Below are positions 59,665-64,000 of a stretch of 64,000 bases of DNA, in pieces. Made by a program: the position numbers and the translations under genes. The notes below the pieces were generated by a model that made no database searches, was not told where the DNA came from, and worked only from the letters and a program-made list of their open reading frames with translations. Numbering within the stretch: position 1 is the stretch's first letter; each line of letters begins with the position of its first letter. Source of the DNA: Gemmatimonadaceae bacterium (lineage in GTDB: Bacteria; Gemmatimonadota; Gemmatimonadetes; Gemmatimonadales; Gemmatimonadaceae); assembly GCA_035688075.1 (NCBI GenBank), contig DASSNL010000104.1, forward strand, positions 6,924 to 70,923, given 5' to 3'.

Positions 59665-59925
59665 GTGAGAGACAGCAGAAAGCAGAAAGCAGAGGGCAGA
59701 GGGCAGAGGGCAGAAAGCAGAAAGCAGTGAAAACCCTGAGGGTTCGGAACTACAGGGTTCAGAACTACAGGGTTCAGGGTTCAGGTACTACCTCGGGGGA
59801 GTGGATCTCGAGCGTCGGGCAGTTCCTGAACCCTGAACCCTGCCTCCTGAACCCTCGAGCAGTTCCTGCTTTCTGAACCCTCGAGCAGTTCCTGCTTTCT
59901 GCTGTCTGCCTTCTGCTTTCACCCG
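59665..59925. repeat. Composite palindromic element, copy E12 (largest; GGGTTCA-type in flipped orientation inside GAAAGCA/GAGGGCA arms, with a 26-nt tandem duplication)
   Basis: Outer arm GAAAGCA x2 GAGGGCA x3 GAAAGCA x2. Inner left arm has CTAC-interrupted GGGTTCA units; inner right arm is CCTGAACCCTGAACCCTGCCTCCTGAACCCT. The unit CTGAACCCTCGAGCAGTTCCTGCTTT is repeated at 59847-59872 and 59873-59898. Confidence 0.9.
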
Positions 59926-60123
59926 CCCTCCCTCCCCTCCCGCATCCCGCCCCCGCACCACCCCGTCCCAAAATCGAACACCCGTACTGGCTCCGGGTAA
60001 CATAAGGTGTTATCCTGCCGGAACTTATATCGGGGGAAGAAGGGTACGCCGATTGCCTCGAATGGCAGAGAAACGGACCGCACCGCTGTCCGTAATACTG
60101 TCGAACGCCGCTTCCAGTCCATC

Positions 60124-61497
60124 ATGATCGCTGAACCACGCCCCACGATTCTCATCGCAGACGACCAGCTCGACGTGCTCGAGGCCCTCCGTCTCATGCT
60201 CAAGGCGGAGGGATTCCAGATCGAGACCGCCAGGTCGGTCGCCGCCATCCTCACGACGGTGGAGACGCGTGAGCTCGACGCGGTCATCATGGACCTGAAC
60301 TACACGCGCGACACCACATCCGGGCGGGAGGGGCTCGACCTCATCCCGAAGATCGCGGCACTCGAGCCGAACCTGCCGATCATCGTAATGACGGCGTGGG
60401 GAAGCGTGGACGGCGCCGTGGAGGCCATCCGTAACGGCGCCTGGGACTTCATCGAGAAGCCGTGGGACAATGCGCGGCTGATGACCACGCTGCGCACCCA
60501 GCTCGACCTGGGGCGCGCCGTGCGCCGCGCTCAGCGGCTGGAAGGTGAGAACAGCCTTCTCCGCAAGAGCGGGCTCCCGGAGATCATCGCCGAGTCGCCT
60601 CGGATGCGGCCGGTGCTGCAGCTCATGGAGCGCGTCGGCCCGTCGGACGCGCACGTTCTGATCACCGGCGAGCACGGCACGGGAAAGGAACTCGTAGCAC
60701 GCTGGCTTCACGCGGTGTCGCCGCGCTCGTCGCAGGCCTTCGTGGCGGTGAACATGGGCGGGCTCTCGGAGGGCGTCTTCGAGAGCGAGCTGTTCGGACA
60801 CGTGCGCGGCGCGTTCACCGATGCGAAGACCGACCGCGTGGGGCGCTTCGAGCTTGCCGATCGCGGTACGCTCTTCCTCGACGAGATCGCCAACGTCCCG
60901 CTCTCGATGCAGGCGAAGCTCCTGCGCGTCCTGCAGTCGGGCGAAGTGGAGCGCGTGGGATCGTCGCGCCCGCGCGCGGTCAACGCGCGACTGCTATCAG
61001 CCACCAACGCCGACCTGCACACCGAAGTCGCCGAGGGGAGGTTCCGCGAGGATCTGCTTTTCCGACTCAACACCATCGAGATCTCGCTCCCGCCGCTCCG
61101 CGACCGGCGCGAGGACATCCCGCGCCTCGCGATGCACTTCCTCAAGCGGCATTCGCAGCGCTACGGGAAGCAGATCGGCGGCTTCGACAGCGCCGGAATG
61201 CAAGCGATGCTCGACCATATCTGGCCCGGCAACATTCGCGAGCTCGACCACGCCATCGAGCGCGCCGTCCTCCTCGCGCAGGGCGACACGGTGCGCGCGG
61301 GCGACCTCGCTCTGCGTATGGGTACTCCCACATCGAATGCCGCATCGCGCTTCGAGGAGCTGACGCTCGAGGAGGCGGAGCGCCTGCTGATCCAGAAGGC
61401 GCTAACCCGCTTCGACGGCAACGTGAGCCAGGCGGCGAAGGCGCTGGGCTTGAGCCGCAGCGCACTGTACCGCCGTCTCTCCAGCCATGGTCTCTGA
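60124..61497 (+). CDS. Sigma-54-dependent response regulator (NtrC family: REC + AAA+ + Fis HTH)
   Basis: REC domain ([16 protein letters not shown]), Walker [15 protein letters not shown] (GAFTGA-loop equivalent), Walker B LFLDEI, C-terminal HTH ([19 protein letters not shown]). Confidence 0.9.
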   Translation: MIAEPRPTILIADDQLDVLEALRLMLKAEGFQIETARSVAAILTTVETRELDAVIMDLNYTRDTTSGREGLDLIPKIAALEPNLPIIVMTAWGSVDGAVEAIRNGAWDFIEKPWDNARLMTTLRTQLDLGRAVRRAQRLEGENSLLRKSGLPEIIAESPRMRPVLQLMERVGPSDAHVLITGEHGTGKELVARWLHAVSPRSSQAFVAVNMGGLSEGVFESELFGHVRGAFTDAKTDRVGRFELADRGTLFLDEIANVPLSMQAKLLRVLQSGEVERVGSSRPRAVNARLLSATNADLHTEVAEGRFREDLLFRLNTIEISLPPLRDRREDIPRLAMHFLKRHSQRYGKQIGGFDSAGMQAMLDHIWPGNIRELDHAIERAVLLAQGDTVRAGDLALRMGTPTSNAASRFEELTLEEAERLLIQKALTRFDGNVSQAAKALGLSRSALYRRLSSHGL

Positions 61498-62836
61498 CCG
61501 GCCGCCACCGAGCGGGAAGAGCGGTCCACCCACGCGCTTCGAGAACCGCATATTCTGGCTCGCCCTTCTGGCCGGCGCGCCGGGAGTCATCGCCGCGCTC
61601 CTCCTCCTCTGGACGGGGGATCACTCCACGCGCGCGCAGTGGACGCTGACCATCATCATCGTGGGCGCCTGGCTCGCGGTGGTGCTCACGCTGCGCGAGC
61701 GCGTGATGCGCCCGCTGCAAACGGTGGCGAACATGCTGGCCGCGCTGCGCGAGGGAGACTTCTCCATCCGCGGCCGCGGCGCGCGCACCGACGACGCTCT
61801 GGGCCTGGTCCTCCTCGAGGTGAATACCCTCGGCGACACACTCCGCTCGCAGCGAATGGAGGCGCTCGAGGCCACGGCGCTCCTGCGCACGGTGATGGAG
61901 GAGATCGACGTGGCGATCTTCGCCTTCGATGAGCTGCGCCGCCTCCGCCTCGTGAATCGCGGCGGCGAGCGGTTGCTCGGCCAGAAGGCCGACGTGATCC
62001 TCGGAAGCACGTCGGCGTCGCTCGGGCTGGGCGGCTACCTGCGCGGAGATCCGGAGCGCACGGTTGACCTCGACTTCCCCGGCGGCCACGGACGATGGCA
62101 GATGCGGCGCGGCACCTTCCGCCAGGGCGGACGGCCGCATCAGTTGCTCGTGCTCTCCGACCTCAGCAGGGCGCTGCGCGAGGAGGAACGGCTCGCGTGG
62201 CAGCGGCTCATACGCGTGCTCGGCCACGAGATCAACAACTCGCTCACGCCCATCAAATCGATAGCGGCGAGTCTGCGCGATCTCCTCGCGCGTCCGACGC
62301 GCCCCGACGACTGGCAGGAAGATGTGGGCGCGGGGCTTACCGTGATCGCCGGCCGGTCCGAGGCGCTCGGCCGCTTCATGGCCGCGTACGCGCTCCTCGC
62401 GCGACTTCCCAGTCCGCAGCCGCGACCGGTGGACGTAGAGGCTTGGGTGCGGCGCGTGTCGCGACTGGAGACCCGCGTGCACGTTTGCGTGGACCCGGGG
62501 CCGCCCATCACGATCGAGGCCGATGGCGACCAGCTCGACCAGCTACTGATCAACCTGGTGCGCAACGCGGCCGACGCATCGCTCGAGACCGGCGGCGAGG
62601 TGAGTATCGGCTGGTCGCGTAATACATCGACAGTCGATGTATGGGTCCGTGACGAAGGGCTGGGGCTCTCCGACACCGCGAACCTCTTCGTCCCTTTCTT
62701 CACCACCAAGCCATCGGGGAGCGGCATAGGACTGGCGCTGAGCCGGCAGATCGCCGAAGCTCATGACGGGACGTTGACGCTGCAGAACCGCACCGATGCG
62801 AGCGGCTGCGAGGCGCGACTCCGACTTCCTCTGTAG
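61487..62836 (+). CDS. Sensor histidine kinase (TM-HAMP-PAS-like-HisKA-HATPase)
   Basis: H-box LGHEINNSLTPI, N-box LINLVRNAADA, G1 VRDEGLGL, G2 GSGIGLALSRQIAEAH. Overlaps the regulator gene by 11 nt. Confidence 0.88.
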   Translation: MVSDRPPPSGKSGPPTRFENRIFWLALLAGAPGVIAALLLLWTGDHSTRAQWTLTIIIVGAWLAVVLTLRERVMRPLQTVANMLAALREGDFSIRGRGARTDDALGLVLLEVNTLGDTLRSQRMEALEATALLRTVMEEIDVAIFAFDELRRLRLVNRGGERLLGQKADVILGSTSASLGLGGYLRGDPERTVDLDFPGGHGRWQMRRGTFRQGGRPHQLLVLSDLSRALREEERLAWQRLIRVLGHEINNSLTPIKSIAASLRDLLARPTRPDDWQEDVGAGLTVIAGRSEALGRFMAAYALLARLPSPQPRPVDVEAWVRRVSRLETRVHVCVDPGPPITIEADGDQLDQLLINLVRNAADASLETGGEVSIGWSRNTSTVDVWVRDEGLGLSDTANLFVPFFTTKPSGSGIGLALSRQIAEAHDGTLTLQNRTDASGCEARLRLPL

Positions 62837-62865
62837 CGCGAAACCTCGATAGACACCACCGGCGC

Positions 62866-63657
62866 ATGCCTTCCCGGACTCGTCCTCTCATCCTCGACCC
62901 CGACGCGAGGCCGGTCATCGCGCACCGCGGTGCCTCGGCCCGCGCACCGGAGAACACCATGCGCTCCTTCGAGCTCGCGCTCGAGGAAGGCGCGGATGCG
63001 CTCGAGATGGACGTGCACGTGAGCGCGGACGGTGTACCGGTAGTGATCCACGACCCGAGTCTCGCGCGCACCACCGGCGTTCAGGCGCTTGTGGCCGCGC
63101 TCCCCACCGAACGGATACTCGAGGCCGATGCTGGCGCGCGCTTCTCCCCCGATGGGGGGCGCACCTTCCCGATGCGTGGACAGGGCATCCGGATCCCGCT
63201 ACTCTCCGAGGTGCTCGCAGCCTTCCCCGCTACGCCTTTCATAATCGAGATAAAGACCGGCGCCGCGAGCGAAGCAGTGCGGCGCGTGCTCCAGGAACGG
63301 GGCGCTGCCGAGCGCAGCGTGCTCATGTCTTTCGATTCCACCGCACTGGACATCTTCCGCCAGGCGCCCTGGCTCACCGGCGCCACTGGCAGCGATACTC
63401 AGCGGCTGATCCGCCGCGCCCTGCTCCGCCGAGAGCCGGAAGCAGCGAACTACGCGGCCTTCTCGCTCCCCGAACGCTACCATGGCGTCCCACTTCCGAT
63501 AGATCTCATCGCGCGCACGGCACGACGCATGGAAAAGCCGGTGCACATCTGGCCGATCGATTCACCCGAGCGCGCGCGGCGCCTCTGGCGGAAGGGCGTG
63601 TCGGGGATCGTCACGAACTACCCCTCCGATATCCGCGCCGCGAGAGAATCGGTCTGA
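62866..63657 (+). CDS. Glycerophosphodiester phosphodiesterase family protein
   Basis: GDPD motifs are present (VIAHRGASARAPENTMRSF, ALEMDVHVSADGVPVVIHD). Confidence 0.85.
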   Translation: MPSRTRPLILDPDARPVIAHRGASARAPENTMRSFELALEEGADALEMDVHVSADGVPVVIHDPSLARTTGVQALVAALPTERILEADAGARFSPDGGRTFPMRGQGIRIPLLSEVLAAFPATPFIIEIKTGAASEAVRRVLQERGAAERSVLMSFDSTALDIFRQAPWLTGATGSDTQRLIRRALLRREPEAANYAAFSLPERYHGVPLPIDLIARTARRMEKPVHIWPIDSPERARRLWRKGVSGIVTNYPSDIRAARESV

Positions 63658-63998
63658 CGGGCTCCCGGAGAGGCCGCCGCGACCACCGATGTGCGACGGA
63701 GCTCCAACCGATGCAGGATCACATCGATGTCGGCCGGAAGGATGTCACCCGCCGAGACCGCGGGCCCGATGGCCGCGAGCATCGCCGCACGCATCTGCGC
63801 TTCGCTACGCCGGGCGCGCTCATCGAGATAGCCCTCATCCTCGAGATACTCACGCAACGCGGCCATCTTCCGCTTCTGGAAGCCGGACACTCCGCCCGCT
63901 TCCAGCCCCTCCATTAGCGCGCGCGCGTCGCCGCCGCACCGCTCGCAGAGCGACTGAACGCGCTCGATCTGGATCTCCGACACGGCGCCGGAATCCAT
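63618..63998 (-). CDS. Hypothetical protein (may extend beyond the window end)
   Basis: 126-codon ORF starting 2 nt from the window edge. No family recognised. Its 3' end overlaps the GDPD gene by 40 nt. Confidence 0.3.
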   Translation of the reverse strand: MDSGAVSEIQIERVQSLCERCGGDARALMEGLEAGGVSGFQKRKMAALREYLEDEGYLDERARRSEAQMRAAMLAAIGPAVSAGDILPADIDVILHRLELRRTSVVAAASPGARQTDSLAARISEG

Positions 63999-64000
63999 CA

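Overview
High-GC bacterial chromosome segment. The gene content (8 ADOP-type duplicated MacB-like permeases, a SusC/SusD pair, CzcCBA) suggests Gemmatimonadota or Acidobacteriota; this is inference only. About 45 CDS are supported: GH3 beta-glucosidase (partial), an orphan MalK-like ABC ATPase, an IclR-SusC-SusD locus, a class V aminotransferase, a PD40-propeller/GGT fusion, an APC permease, czcCBA, aguB-aguA, an erythromycin-esterase homologue, recQ, a DUF190 gene/fluoride riboswitch/crcB cluster, NlpC/P60, bioD-capA, a 24-kb MacA/ATPase/8x ADOP permease/ATPase block, an M20 peptidase, a sigma-54 two-component system and GDPD. No rRNA, tRNA, CRISPR array, transposase or integrase was seen. 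Main unusual signals: (1) Twelve copies of a long intergenic palindrome whose arms are 7-nt phased CAG/CTG microsatellites. The repeat unit differs between copies but stays complementary within a copy. Some copies are nested inside one another, and some supply stop codons and C-terminal tails to flanking genes. (2) A secreted Bcp-type peroxiredoxin has an in-frame TGA exactly at the peroxidatic Cys position, followed by a hairpin, making it a selenocysteine candidate. (3) Eight tandem ADOP permease paralogues are bracketed by two stand-alone ATPases and one adaptor. (4) A textbook fluoride riboswitch with an overlapping terminator lies between the DUF190 gene and crcB. (5) A palindromic GG-N10-GC sigma-54-like element lies between the peroxiredoxin gene and a divergent small hydrophilic gene.
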